Both the position numbers and the translations under genes were made by a program. The notes under the pieces were generated by a model that was not told the origin of the DNA, made no database searches, and saw only the letters and a program-made list of their open reading frames with translations. From an uncultured Candidatus Binatia bacterium (lineage in GTDB: Bacteria; Desulfobacterota; Binatia; UBA9968; JAJDTQ01), in contig OZ244070.1 in assembly GCA_965215605.1 (NCBI GenBank), positions 640,001 to 704,000 of the forward strand: DNA of 64,000 nt. The letters run 5' to 3'. Positions 1 through 10,928 of the stretch are shown here, in pieces (position 1 is the stretch's first letter; each line of letters opens with the position of its first letter).

Positions 1-1
1 G

Positions 2-1555
2 CCCGACGTCATCCCGGAGGTGACCAGCAACGTCACCTGGGCTAACGACGACCGGACGCTTTTCTACGCCAAGCAGGATCCCGAGACCCTGAGATCCTGC
101 CGCATCTACCGCCATGTGCTGGGAACGGATCCGGCGGAGGACGTGCTCGTCTACGAAGAGGCCGACGATACCTTCTCGGCCCACGTGTTCAAGACCAAGT
201 CGAAGCGATACCTCATGATCGTCTCCTCCCAGACCCTGAGCAGCGAGTTCCGCTATCTCGACGCCGGCGATCCCGCCGGAGCGTTCACGGTCTTCCTCCC
301 GCGGGAACGGGGTCACGAACACGCCGTGGACCATTTCGAGGACCGCTTCTTCATCCACACCAACCACGAGGCCAGGAACTTCCGGCTCGTGTCGACGCCC
401 CTGGACCGCACCGGCAAGGAACACTGGGAGGAGGTCCTGCCGCACCGTCCCGACGTGTTGCTGGAGGGCTTCGAGGTGTTCCGCGACCACCTGGTGCTGG
501 AAGAGCGGCGGGACGGGCTGGTGCAGCTCCGGGTGATGCCGTGGGACGGCTCGCAGGAACACTACCTGGAGTTCGGCGAGCCCGCCTATCTGGCCGGCAC
601 GAGCGTGAACCTGGAGTTCGACACCACGGTGCTGCGGTACGGCTACACCTCCATGACCACGCCGAGCTCCATCTACGACTACGACATGGTGACCCGTGAG
701 AAGACCCTGCTGAAGCAGGAGGAAGTGCTGGGCGGGTTCGACGCCGCCGACTACCGCACCGAGCGGCTGCACGCGACGGCCGCGGACGGCGTCCGGGTGC
801 CCATCTCGCTGGTGTACCGCCAGGGAATGGAACGGAACGGTGGAAGGCCGCTACTGCTGTACGGCTACGGCTCCTACGGCCACAGCCTGGACGCAACCTT
901 CGGCTCCTCACGCCTGAGCCTGCTGGACCGGGGCTTCGTATTCGCCATCGCCCACGTCCGGGGCGGCGAGGAGATGGGCCGGGCGTGGTACGAGGACGGC
1001 AAGCTGCTCAACAAGAAGAACACCTTCACCGACTTCATCGCCTGCGCCGAGCACCTGGTGGAGCAGGGCTACACCGCTCCGGAGCGCCTCTTCGCCATGG
1101 GCGGGAGCGCTGGCGGCCTGTTGATGGGCGCGGTGGTGAACCTGCGTCCCGACCTGTTCAAGGGTGTGGTGGCGCAGGTTCCGTTCGTGGACATCGTCAC
1201 CACCATGCTCGACCCGGACATACCCCTCACCACCGGCGAGTACGACGAATGGGGCAACCCCAACGACAAGGGATACTACGACTACATGCTGTCGTACTCA
1301 CCCTACGACAACGTCGAGGCCGGCGATTACCCCCACATGCTGGTGACCACCGGCCTGCACGACTCCCAGGTACAGTACTGGGAGCCGGCCAAGTGGGTGG
1401 CCAAGCTGCGCGCCGTCAAGAAGGACAACAACCGGTTGCTGCTGAAAACCAATATGGAGGCCGGACACGGAGGCGCATCCGGGCGCTTCAAGCGCTATCG
1501 CGAGATCGCCCTGGAATACGCCTTTCTGTTGGATCTGGCGGGGGTCGAGGAGTAG
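2..1555 (+). CDS. ptrB: Oligopeptidase B (S9A family), 5'-truncated by window edge
   Basis: GGSAGG nucleophile motif, DSQVQYWEP and GH (AGHGG) triad segments; frame open to the left edge. Confidence 0.93.
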   Translation, partial: PDVIPEVTSNVTWANDDRTLFYAKQDPETLRSCRIYRHVLGTDPAEDVLVYEEADDTFSAHVFKTKSKRYLMIVSSQTLSSEFRYLDAGDPAGAFTVFLPRERGHEHAVDHFEDRFFIHTNHEARNFRLVSTPLDRTGKEHWEEVLPHRPDVLLEGFEVFRDHLVLEERRDGLVQLRVMPWDGSQEHYLEFGEPAYLAGTSVNLEFDTTVLRYGYTSMTTPSSIYDYDMVTREKTLLKQEEVLGGFDAADYRTERLHATAADGVRVPISLVYRQGMERNGGRPLLLYGYGSYGHSLDATFGSSRLSLLDRGFVFAIAHVRGGEEMGRAWYEDGKLLNKKNTFTDFIACAEHLVEQGYTAPERLFAMGGSAGGLLMGAVVNLRPDLFKGVVAQVPFVDIVTTMLDPDIPLTTGEYDEWGNPNDKGYYDYMLSYSPYDNVEAGDYPHMLVTTGLHDSQVQYWEPAKWVAKLRAVKKDNNRLLLKTNMEAGHGGASGRFKRYREIALEYAFLLDLAGVEE

Positions 1556-1564
1556 CGGATCCGG

Positions 1565-1582
1565 GCGGGTTGTGAAACCCGC
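1565..1582. repeat. Short hairpin/REP-like palindrome between convergent genes
   Basis: GCGGGTT-GTGA-AACCCGC; similar core GGGCGGGTT..AACCCG at ~22103. Confidence 0.5.
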
Positions 1583-1584
1583 GC

Positions 1585-2532
1585 TTACTTGTCCTCGTCG
1601 TCCTCGTCCATCGACATGGCCTTCAGGTGCTTGTCGATGGTGGTGTAGCCCTTCCACTGGTCCACCAGCCAGTAGCGGATGCCGAACTCGAACCGGAGCT
1701 CCCGGCTCTCGCCGTCGCTGGGGTTGAAGTGCTGGTGGTGCATCATGCCGGGAGGGACATGGACCGCATCGCCCTGCTCCCACGTGTACTGCTTGCCGCC
1801 GATCTCCGAGTAGCCGGCACCCTTCAGGGCATAGAGATACGCCTCCGGATGGGCGTGGCTGTGGCTCTTGGAACGGGGCAACTCCACGAAGATCGAGCTG
1901 ATGGCCGCTGCCGTGGCCTTGAAACCGTTGCGGTTGCCGCTCCGCCCCATGAGGAAGTAGGTGGCGCCGTGCTTGGACTCGGCCGAAAGCTCGTGCTGGT
2001 CCTGGTGCATGGAGATGCGCCGCCCGTCCTCCGGCCAGTCCTGGGATTCCTCCGCGCCGATGGCGGCCAGCGTCGCCGGATCGGTGGCGCCGCAGTCCTC
2101 GAACTGGTCCATGCGGCCCATGTACACCGACGCCTCCAGGTGCCAGGCCAACCCGGAGATATAGCCCACCGGGACATCCCCCGTGTTGAACAACTGGTGC
2201 CGGGACCGGTAGGGCACGTGCAGGACGGTGCCCGGGCCGAAGTCATAGCGCTTGCCGTCCAGGACCATGCAGCCCGTGCCGCTCTCGACGTAGATGGCTT
2301 CCTCGCCGTGGCTGTGGCGTCCGGTGTGCCAGCCCACCGGGATCTCCGCCCGCATCATCATGCTGCCGCCGGTGGGAAAGCCCAACTCCGGCGCAATCAT
2401 CAACGCCGCCTTGGCGTCCTGCCGCGTCCGGACCCACTCGAGATCCTTGTGGCGCGCCACCCGGGGCGCGTTTTCCACGAACTCCTCGTTCCGTTCGGTC
2501 GCGTTCAGCCATTCGCTGTAGAAATCACTCAT
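1585..2532 (-). CDS. Bicupin protein (putative dioxygenase/isomerase)
   Basis: Two cupin motifs (HSHGEE...H; HAHPE...HHQH); start MSDF after GAGGA RBS. Confidence 0.8.
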   Translation of the reverse strand: MSDFYSEWLNATERNEEFVENAPRVARHKDLEWVRTRQDAKAALMIAPELGFPTGGSMMMRAEIPVGWHTGRHSHGEEAIYVESGTGCMVLDGKRYDFGPGTVLHVPYRSRHQLFNTGDVPVGYISGLAWHLEASVYMGRMDQFEDCGATDPATLAAIGAEESQDWPEDGRRISMHQDQHELSAESKHGATYFLMGRSGNRNGFKATAAAISSIFVELPRSKSHSHAHPEAYLYALKGAGYSEIGGKQYTWEQGDAVHVPPGMMHHQHFNPSDGESRELRFEFGIRYWLVDQWKGYTTIDKHLKAMSMDEDDEDK

Positions 2533-2791
2533 CGGTTCCTCCGCTCGGGCCGTCCCGTACACGTCCCGGCCAACCCTCGTTTGCTTGAGCCTTCTTAGAC
2601 GAATTCCAACCCCACCACAAGAACACGGGCCGGCTGTTTGACATTCCAACCATCATGAACTAATGAAATTGACCGTTCAACAAACATCCAAAGAGAAACC
2701 GACCCTGGGGAGCTGACCCCACTCTTCTCCCCGCCCGACCGGGATCGGTTCAGTACAACCCTCTCTTGTGCCCGAGGGGTGAAGCAAATAC

Positions 2792-3745
2792 ATGGACAGT
2801 TCCTGTTTCTCGTCAGTTCGGGACGATAACGCCGCTGGCGCCAACGCGCAGCAATGGCAGTTCGCGTACCGTGAAGCCCTGAGTCCATACATCATCAGAC
2901 GGATCCTGATCATCGTCGGCCTCTACCTCGGTTCGTACAGCGCCATCTGCCCCCTGGGCACCAACGACGCCCCATGGGTTCAGCGCCTGGCCTATTTCGG
3001 CCTGTGTGCGGTCTTGTGCACCCCGCTGTGCCACGCCGAGTACGTGGTGACGCTCTACCTCACGCGGTTCTGGACGAAATGCCGCATCGCGTTCGCGGTT
3101 TCCGCGTACACACTGATCGCCGCGTCGAGTTCCACCGCCATCGCGTACGGAGTCGACACGATGTTCCATAGGGAACTCGCCGCCTACGGTTTACCGGTGG
3201 TGCTCCTGTTCATGACGCTGTCCGTCGTGCTGTGCACCGCGGTCGTCCACTACCTGGTCGCCCAACGCGTGAGAGAGGAATCCGCTGGTGCTCCGGAAAC
3301 GGAGCCGGTTCCCGGACCGGCTCCGCCCGACCTTCCCGCCAGCCGCCCGGAGAGCCGGGCGGAACCCCTCCCGGCAACCCTGCAAACCCCATCCCTGTTC
3401 CTCGACCGCGTGGACCCGGAGATCGGGCGGGACGTCATCTTTCTCAAGATGAGCGATCATTACGTGGAGGTCGTCACCGCCAGGGGCCGCTGCGCCATCC
3501 TGATGCGTTTCACCGACGCCGTCGCGGAACTCGGCGGCGAGGGCGTTCGCGTCCACCGTTCCTACTGGGTCGCTTACCGCCATGTGCATGGTTGGACGAG
3601 ACGCAACCAACGCACGGCGCTGCGGCTCGACGGCGACCACGTGGTTCCGGTCAGCCGTACCTACCTCGGCGCCGCACGGGCAGCGCTCGATCGTTATCGC
3701 GCCAGCGTCCACGCCACCGGCCGTCCACCCTCCGAGCACGCTTGA
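2792..3745 (+). CDS. Membrane-anchored LytTR-family DNA-binding protein
   Basis: Four hydrophobic helices, Pro-rich linker, C-terminal DHYVEV...RVHRSYWVA...VPVSRTY LytTR motifs. Confidence 0.85.
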   Translation: MDSSCFSSVRDDNAAGANAQQWQFAYREALSPYIIRRILIIVGLYLGSYSAICPLGTNDAPWVQRLAYFGLCAVLCTPLCHAEYVVTLYLTRFWTKCRIAFAVSAYTLIAASSSTAIAYGVDTMFHRELAAYGLPVVLLFMTLSVVLCTAVVHYLVAQRVREESAGAPETEPVPGPAPPDLPASRPESRAEPLPATLQTPSLFLDRVDPEIGRDVIFLKMSDHYVEVVTARGRCAILMRFTDAVAELGGEGVRVHRSYWVAYRHVHGWTRRNQRTALRLDGDHVVPVSRTYLGAARAALDRYRASVHATGRPPSEHA

Positions 3746-3771
3746 CAGTCGTCACGGGCGGAGTCTATAAA
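3742..3771 (+). promoter_or_regulatory. Sigma70-type promoter
   Basis: TTGACA (3742-3747), 18 nt, TATAAA (3766-3771) in a high-GC background. Confidence 0.65.
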
Positions 3772-3774
3772 TGA

Positions 3775-3965
3775 GGCTCGCTCGGAAGGTCATGCGGAAC
3801 GTCAATGCCTTGGCGCGGTCCAAGAGTGCTCCTGCCCGGCCGCGCCGTCCTGGGTTCCCAGCAGCGACATCGTCCGTTCATGAAATCCTAAGGAAATGAC
3901 GCCTCGAGGCGTCATTTCGAGCACTTGCATCGGTGAGCCGACCCCCGCGTCTGGCGCGGGGCGGC
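3775..3965 (+). ncRNA. Candidate structured ncRNA / cis-regulatory leader (unassigned family)
   Basis: Closing stem 3775-3784/3931-3939; stem 3812-3820/3838-3846; pseudoknot 3825-3831/3919-3925; perfect 26-bp palindrome 3893-3918; terminator-like hairpin 3937-3965. Confidence 0.5.
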
Positions 3966-4013
3966 AATTCGTTTCGTGTCTACGACCACAAGGAACCGCA
4001 AGGAGGTTTGAGC

Positions 4014-5003
4014 ATGGCGACAAATTTGAAGTTCGGACTGCTGTTGCCCCATTTCGGGGATCAGGGATCGGTCGAGAAGTGCATCGAGGGGTCGAAGCTA
4101 GCCGAGTCGTTGGGATTCGACTCCGTCTGGGTCCGCGACCATCTGGTCTTCGAGCCCCACGGCATGGAAGGCACGGACAATACCCATATCGAGTGCGTCG
4201 CGATCCTGTCGGCGATCTCGTCGGTGTGCAAGAAGCTGATCCTGGGCTCGGGTACGATGATCTCCCACAGGCACCCGATCCACCTCGCCCAGTGCATGGC
4301 GGCCCTGAGCGTGCTGGCCGACGGCAAGGTCATCATGGGAATCGGCGCGGGAACGTTCCAGCACGAGTTCGCCGCGGCCGGGCTCAAGAACACTCGGGAC
4401 GACCGCTTCAACATGGCCAAGATCAACTCCAACATCGTACGGCGCCTCTGGGCCGGCGAGAAGGTAGACTACGAGGACGAGTACTACTCCTTCACGGATG
4501 TGGAGCTCAAGCCGACGCCGTTGGCGCCCATACCCATCTGGTACGGCGGCGGCACCCCGGCTTCGTGCCGGCGCGCCGTGGACTACTGCGACGGCTGGAT
4601 GCCCGGACGGATCCCGCTGCGCACTTTCCACAAATGCATCAAGTACCTTCATGACCTTTGCGACAAGGCCGGCAAGCCCATGGTTACCACCGGCGCCATC
4701 CCCATCACCAGCATCGCCAAGGACAAGGACACGGCGGTGAACAAGGTCAACGCGCCCGGGCTCATCAACGAGGGCAACAAGAAGCCCACCTGGGTCAAGC
4801 CCGAGTCCGGCACCTTCTCCAAACTCGAGGACATCGAGGGACTGCTGCTGGCGGGTACGCCCGAGGACATCGTCCGCGACACGCAGCGGTACGAGGAAGG
4901 CGGCCTCAACCACATCGTCTACGACCTCCGGTTCCGCTACGCCGACTGGTACGAGCAGATCGAGCTGTTGGGCAAGGAAGTCCTGCCGGCGGTGCGCGCC
5001 TAG
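4014..5003 (+). CDS. LLM-class flavin/F420-dependent oxidoreductase
   Basis: FGLLLP...GFDSVWVRDH, PIWYGG...DGWMP luciferase-like motifs; AGGAGG RBS. Confidence 0.9.
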   Translation: MATNLKFGLLLPHFGDQGSVEKCIEGSKLAESLGFDSVWVRDHLVFEPHGMEGTDNTHIECVAILSAISSVCKKLILGSGTMISHRHPIHLAQCMAALSVLADGKVIMGIGAGTFQHEFAAAGLKNTRDDRFNMAKINSNIVRRLWAGEKVDYEDEYYSFTDVELKPTPLAPIPIWYGGGTPASCRRAVDYCDGWMPGRIPLRTFHKCIKYLHDLCDKAGKPMVTTGAIPITSIAKDKDTAVNKVNAPGLINEGNKKPTWVKPESGTFSKLEDIEGLLLAGTPEDIVRDTQRYEEGGLNHIVYDLRFRYADWYEQIELLGKEVLPAVRA

Positions 5004-5025
5004 GCGCCGGACCGACCGGACGAGG

Positions 5026-5057
5026 CGGCAGGGGCGACCGGTCCGTCGCCCCTGCCG
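5026..5057. repeat. REP-like intergenic palindrome
   Basis: CGGCAGGGGCGAC-N6-GTCGCCCCTGCCG, perfect 13-bp stem. Confidence 0.6.
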
Positions 5058-5109
5058 GAGATCGTCCCGCCGACATTTGCCGCGGCGCAGACCACGATGG
5101 GAGAGCCAC

Positions 5110-6024
5110 ATGCAGACAGAGGACGTCACTTTCTACAGCGAGGGCTACAAGGTCCACGGCACCATGTACCTGCCGGACGGCGACGCGGGCAAACCCTGGC
5201 CGGGCATCGTCCAGGGCCCGGGTTTTCTGGGTCTCAAGGACGCCAAGCACTACATCCTGATGTTCGAGCGGCTGTGCGAGGCCGGCTACGCCTGCCTGTG
5301 CTTCGACTACCGCGGCTGGGGCCAGAGCGAGGGGCCGCAAAAGGGGTGGGTCATGCCCGCCTGGCAGGCGGAAGACATCCGCAACGCCATCACCTACATG
5401 GAGACCCGTGACGACGTGGACTCCGACCGCATCGCCACCTACGGCTCCGGCGGCACCGGCGGCGGCAACGCTGTGCTGGTGGGGGCCGCCGACGAGCGGG
5501 TCAAGGCCGTGGTGTGCTACCTCGGCGTGTGCAACGGCCGCGACTGGCTTCATTCCATGCGCCGGGAGTACGAGTGGATCGACTACCTCAAGCGCATCGA
5601 GGAAGACCGCCGGCAACGGGTACTGAACGGTTCCGGCGAACTGGTGGCGGCGCGCGAGGAGATCATGGTGCAGACCCCGGAGCGCAAGACCACCAATATC
5701 AAGAAGGAAGTGGCGTCGAAGATTCCCAACCAGATGCCGCTGCAGTGCGCCGACGCCATCCTGGACTACGCGCCGGAGGACGTCGTCCACAAGATCTCGC
5801 CTCGCGGCGTCCTGTTCGTCGCCGTGGAGTACGACGCCACCACGCCCGAGGAACACTCCATCCGCATGTACGAGAAGGCCGGAGAGCCCAAGAGACTCGT
5901 CATGCTGAAGAAGACGACCCATTACGGCGTCTACAACGATTACTTCGACCAGATCGCCGGCGAGGTGGTGGACTGGTACAACCGCCACCTGAAGTACGAC
6001 CGCATCGGCATTACCGAACCGTAG
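5110..6024 (+). CDS. Alpha/beta-fold hydrolase (S9/S15-like)
   Basis: FDYRGWGQSEG motif, elbow GSGGTGGG, C-terminal D and H (THY). Confidence 0.82.
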   Translation: MQTEDVTFYSEGYKVHGTMYLPDGDAGKPWPGIVQGPGFLGLKDAKHYILMFERLCEAGYACLCFDYRGWGQSEGPQKGWVMPAWQAEDIRNAITYMETRDDVDSDRIATYGSGGTGGGNAVLVGAADERVKAVVCYLGVCNGRDWLHSMRREYEWIDYLKRIEEDRRQRVLNGSGELVAAREEIMVQTPERKTTNIKKEVASKIPNQMPLQCADAILDYAPEDVVHKISPRGVLFVAVEYDATTPEEHSIRMYEKAGEPKRLVMLKKTTHYGVYNDYFDQIAGEVVDWYNRHLKYDRIGITEP

Positions 6025-6116
6025 GGACAACGATGGAGAGTTCGGCGGGGGTCAGGCCCTCACCGAACTCGAAGGATGGGTAACCGTTTGAGACCAAAGG
6101 GCGAGGAGTTTTGATC

Positions 6117-7131
6117 ATGGGCAAGTTCGAATTCGGCATCCGGGTGCCCAACTCGGGACCGCTCTCCAGCAAGGAGAACATCGTCAAGGCTGCGCAGAAC
6201 TCCGAGGAGCTGGGCTTCGACACCATCTGGCTCCACGACCACGTGGTCTGGAGCTCGGAGATGCACCGGCACCACATTTCCTCGGGTGCCGCCGAGGCCC
6301 TCACGGATGCCCAGGAGGCCAACTTCTTCGAGTGCATGACCACCATGTCGTACTTGGCCGCGAAGACGAAGAACATCCAGATCGGCGTGGCCTGCCTGGT
6401 GATGCCCCTGCGCAACCCCATCTACGCGGCCAAGCAGTGCGCCACCCTGGACCACCTGTGCGACGGGCGGTTGCTGGTGGGCGTGGGGCTCGGCTCCAAG
6501 GCCACCCGCGATTCCAGCGAGTTCGACGTATTCGAGGTGCCCATCAAGGGCCGGGGCAACCGCACCGACGAGTACATCGAGGCCATGAAGGCCATCTGGA
6601 CCCAGCCCATGGCCTCCTACGAGGGCAAGTACCTCAAGTTCGACAACGCCGAGATCCACCCCAAGCCGCTGCAGAAGCCCCACCCTCCGGTGTGGGTAGG
6701 CGGCTGGATGGACCAGGCGGCGGTGCGCGCCGGCCGTTACGGCGAGGGCTGGATCCCCGGCTGGCTGTCACCCAAGGAGATGGCGCGGGGCTGCGAGCTC
6801 CTCAACAAGGCGGCCGAGGACGCCGGCCGGGACCCCGCGGGGATCAAGATCGCGGTGGAGAAACTGGCCTGCATCGCCCGCACCCGGGACGAGGCCATGA
6901 CCCTCGCGCTGCCCACCATCCGCGAAAGCTCTCACACCTACGAGCGCGACGTGGACAACATCCAGTTCGCCCTCGACCGCCACATCATCGGATCGGTGGA
7001 TGACGTCCGCCGCCGCATCGACGAGTTCATCGAGGCCGGCGTGCAGCACTTCGAGCTCAAGCTCATCTACCCGGACATGGACACCATGCAGAAGGAGATG
7101 CTGCTCTGGTCGGAGGAGATCATACCGCACT

Positions 7132-7139
<8 letters not shown>
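6117..7139 (+). CDS. LLM-class flavin/F420-dependent oxidoreductase
   Basis: GFDTIWLHDH, ATLDHLCDGR, PKPLQKPHPPVWVGG. Confidence 0.9.
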
Positions 7140-7628
<489 letters not shown>

Positions 7629-7632
<4 letters not shown>

Positions 7633-9929
7633 GCGAGGACAATAGCCGCGACTTCGAGGTGGTCAACCGCTCGGTGCCGCGCCGCGACGGCCGCGCCAAG
7701 GTGTCGGGCCGGGCACTCTACGTGAGCGACGTCAAGCTCGCGGGCATGGCCTACGCCAAGGTGCTGCGGAGCCCCTACGCCCACGCGGCCATCGTCTCCA
7801 TGGACACCTCCCGGGCCGAGGCCCACCCCGGCGTGTACAACGTGCTGCGGGGCGACGATTTGGAAGGGCTGAACCCGTATTTCGGCCACGCCGTCAAGGA
7901 CCATCCGCTGGTGGCCATCGACAAGGTCCGCTACGCCGGCGAGCCCGTGGCCGCGGTCATCGCCGAGGACGAGCTCACCGCCTACGAGGCCCTGGAGCTC
8001 ATCGACGTCGAGTACGAAGAGCTGCCGGCGGTGATGGAGCCCCAGGAGGCGCTGGCGGGGGACGCGCCGCTGCTCCACCAGCGCCAGTTCGAGGCCGGCG
8101 CGCTGCGCGGGTTCGAAGGAGAGGTCACCGCGGGCCGGGGCAGCAACCTGTGCCAGGAGCACCACATCAAGTGGGGGGACGTCGACGAGGCGTTCGCCAC
8201 GGCCGCGGCCGTGGCGGAGGGCGAGTACTACTTTCCCATGGCCTATGCCTACGCCATGGAGCCCTACGTGGCCATCGCCGAGGTGGGCGACGACAGCGTC
8301 ACCATCTACTCCTCGGCCCAGCACCCCTTCATGGTGCGGCACGACCTCAAGACCATCTTCGACATGCCGGTGAGCCAGATCCGCTTGATCGTGCCGTTCG
8401 TGGGCGGCGGCTACGGCAGCAAGTCCTATACCAAGATCGAGCCGCTGGTTTCGGCCTGCGCGTGGAAGGCGCGGCGCCCGGTGAAGCTCCAGCTCAGCGT
8501 CGAAGAAGCCATGCTGACCACCCGCGGCGACGACGCCCTCACCTGGATGCGCACGGCGGTGGACGCCGACGGCAAGATCATCGCGCGCCAGGCGAATATC
8601 TACATGAACACCGGCGCCTACGCCGAGAACAGCCCTCTGGTGTGCGAGAAGTCGTCCAACCGCTGCGTCGGACCCTACGCCATCCCCAACGTCCAGATCG
8701 ACAACCACATGGTCTACACCAACACGGTGCCGGCCAGCTCCTTCCGGGGCTTCGGCTGCGCCCAGGTGACCATGGCCGGCGAGTCCCAGATCGACGAACT
8801 TGCGGCCAAGATCGGCATGGACCCCTACGAGTTCCGCGTGCTCAACGCGGCGCGGCCCAGGCAGGAGTTCTTCCCTGGCATGCGCCCCTTCGACGGCACC
8901 CTGACCGAGGACCTCAAGATCGTCGCCGACAACATCGGCTGGAAGGAGCCGCTGCCCGCCGGCCACGGGCGCAGCATCGGCTGCTCCGCCAGCGACGCCG
9001 GCGCCTATCCGCTCACCTCCACGGCCGTCCGCGTGCACGCCGACGGCTCGGCGTCGCTGATGATCGGCAGCACGGAGTTGGGCCAAGGCAGCCACACCGT
9101 GCTGCCGCAGATTGCCGCCGAGGAGCTCGGCATACCCTTCGACCTGGTCCGGGTCGTGTCTTCCGACACCGCCATCACGCCCTACGATCGGTCCACCGGC
9201 GCCAGCCGCACCACCACCCTCATGGGCCGGGCGGTGCAGGAGGCCAGCCGGGAGGCCATCGAGCAGATGGCGCGCATGGCCGCGGACGTGCTGGGAGTCG
9301 AGGAATCGGAGATTCAGCCGGTTCGCGGCGGCATCACCTGCGGCGAAGCGAGGCTCAACTGGTCCGAGGTGCTGACCCGCTACTACAAGCTGCCGGACGG
9401 CGAGGTCATCGGCCGCGCGTACATCCGCAAGGACAAGGACTTCGCCCAGTTGCCGGTGTTCTGGGAAGCCGCCTCCACCGGCATCGAGGTATCCGTGGAC
9501 GAGGAGACCGGCAAGGTCACCATGGAGAAGCTCGGCACCTGCGGCGACGTGGGCCTGGCCATCAATCCGGCGCTGGCCGAGGGGCAGGACATCGGCGCCG
9601 CCACCACCGGCATGGGCATCGGCATGTTCGAGGAGCTGGAGTTCGACCGCAACCAGTTGCTCAACGGCAACCTGCTGGAATACCGCCTGCCGCGCTTCTC
9701 CGACATGCCGCGGACGGTGAAGCTGGAGCTGGTGCAGAACCGGGACGGGGTGGGACCCTACGGCGCCAAGGGCGGCGGCGAGGCATCCCTCAACTCGCTG
9801 CCCGCCAACATCGCCAACGCGGTGTACAACGCCACCGGCGCGCGCATTCGCCGGGCGCCGCTCACGCCGGAGAAGGTCTGGCGCGCGATCCGGGAAGCCC
9901 GCGCCGCACGTGGAGAGAACGAATCATGA
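7629..9929 (+). CDS. Xanthine dehydrogenase-family molybdopterin-binding large subunit
   Basis: GGGYGSK, SSFRGFG, ELGQG, KGGGE motifs; ATGA overlap with the small subunit. Confidence 0.93.
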
Positions 9930-10795
9930 TGCCGCTGCGACGCTTCGCCATCCACCGCCCGGCCGACCTGAGCGAGGCCGCGGAGATGCTCGAGCACTAT
10001 GGTGAGGACGGCACCCTGTACGCCGGCGGCACCGAACTGCTCCTGGCCATGCGGCACGACCTGCTACGTTACCAGCACCTGATCGACATCAAGGCCGTGC
10101 GAGGCCTCGACGGCATCGAGCGCCGGGATGGGCACCTGCACATCGGCGCCGCCGCCACCCACCGGACCGTCGAGCGCTCCGCCGTGGTGCGGGAGTTCCT
10201 TCCGGTCATGGCCGACGTGGCAGCCAACGTCGCCAATGTGCGCGTGCGCGCCACCGGCACGCTGGGCGGGAATCTCGCCTTCGCCGAGCCCCACTCCGAT
10301 CCGGCGACCCTGCTGCTGGCCCTGGGCGGCACCATCCGGGCGCAAGGCAAATCGGGCGAACGGACGCTTGCCATGGACGAGCTTCTGGCCGGCGCCTATG
10401 AGAACTCCTTGGCGCGGGACGAGGTCCTGACCGGCGTGGACGTCCCGCTGCCGGCACCGTCACAGCGCTCGGCCTACCTCAAGTTCCAGGTACACGAGCG
10501 GCCCTTGCTCGGGCTGGCGCTCTCGCTTGCGCTTGACGATGACAGCGGGGAGATCCGCGAGGCCCGTTGCGCGGTGGGTTGCGTGAGCCCCACGCCGTGT
10601 CGTTCGACCGCCGCGGAGGGCCTCATCGCCGGGCCCGCGGATTCGGTCGAACAGCGGCTGCAACAGGCCGGCGAAGCCCTCGCCGACGAGGCCGCGCTGA
10701 CGGACGACCGCGAGGGTAGCGCCGAGTACAAACGCCACCTCATCGGCGTGCTGCTGCGCCGCGCCGCGAAGAGGTGCCTCGACGGCAACAGCTAA
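9926..10795 (+). CDS. Molybdenum hydroxylase FAD-binding medium subunit
   Basis: AGGTELL and ATGTLGGN...SD motifs; ATGA overlap. Confidence 0.92.
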   Translation: MMPLRRFAIHRPADLSEAAEMLEHYGEDGTLYAGGTELLLAMRHDLLRYQHLIDIKAVRGLDGIERRDGHLHIGAAATHRTVERSAVVREFLPVMADVAANVANVRVRATGTLGGNLAFAEPHSDPATLLLALGGTIRAQGKSGERTLAMDELLAGAYENSLARDEVLTGVDVPLPAPSQRSAYLKFQVHERPLLGLALSLALDDDSGEIREARCAVGCVSPTPCRSTAAEGLIAGPADSVEQRLQQAGEALADEAALTDDREGSAEYKRHLIGVLLRRAAKRCLDGNS

Positions 10796-10871
10796 ACGCT
10801 GTAACCGCCCTTCTTGTCTGCCGCCCGATCTGTCGGCTTCCTGACCCCGAAAATACCGGTATGCCCGCACC

Positions 10872-10928
10872 CGTCATCCCCGACCTCGGGGCAAGCCCGG
10901 GACAAGCCTGATCCGGATTCGGGCAGTC
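10872..10928. repeat. Degenerate REP-like element (GTCATCCCCGA type)
   Basis: CGTCATCCCCGACCTCGGGG...TGATCCGGA, related to hairpins at 12593 and 38974. Confidence 0.4.

Noticed and set aside
3775-3965. Assignment of the leader to a Moco riboswitch, 6S RNA, tRNA-Sec or an HDV-like ribozyme
   Set aside because: Only isolated words match (CCTAAG, GAAATGAC); helix order does not fit Moco; no TCA anticodon arm; no HDV P3/P1.1; not a simple 6S rod
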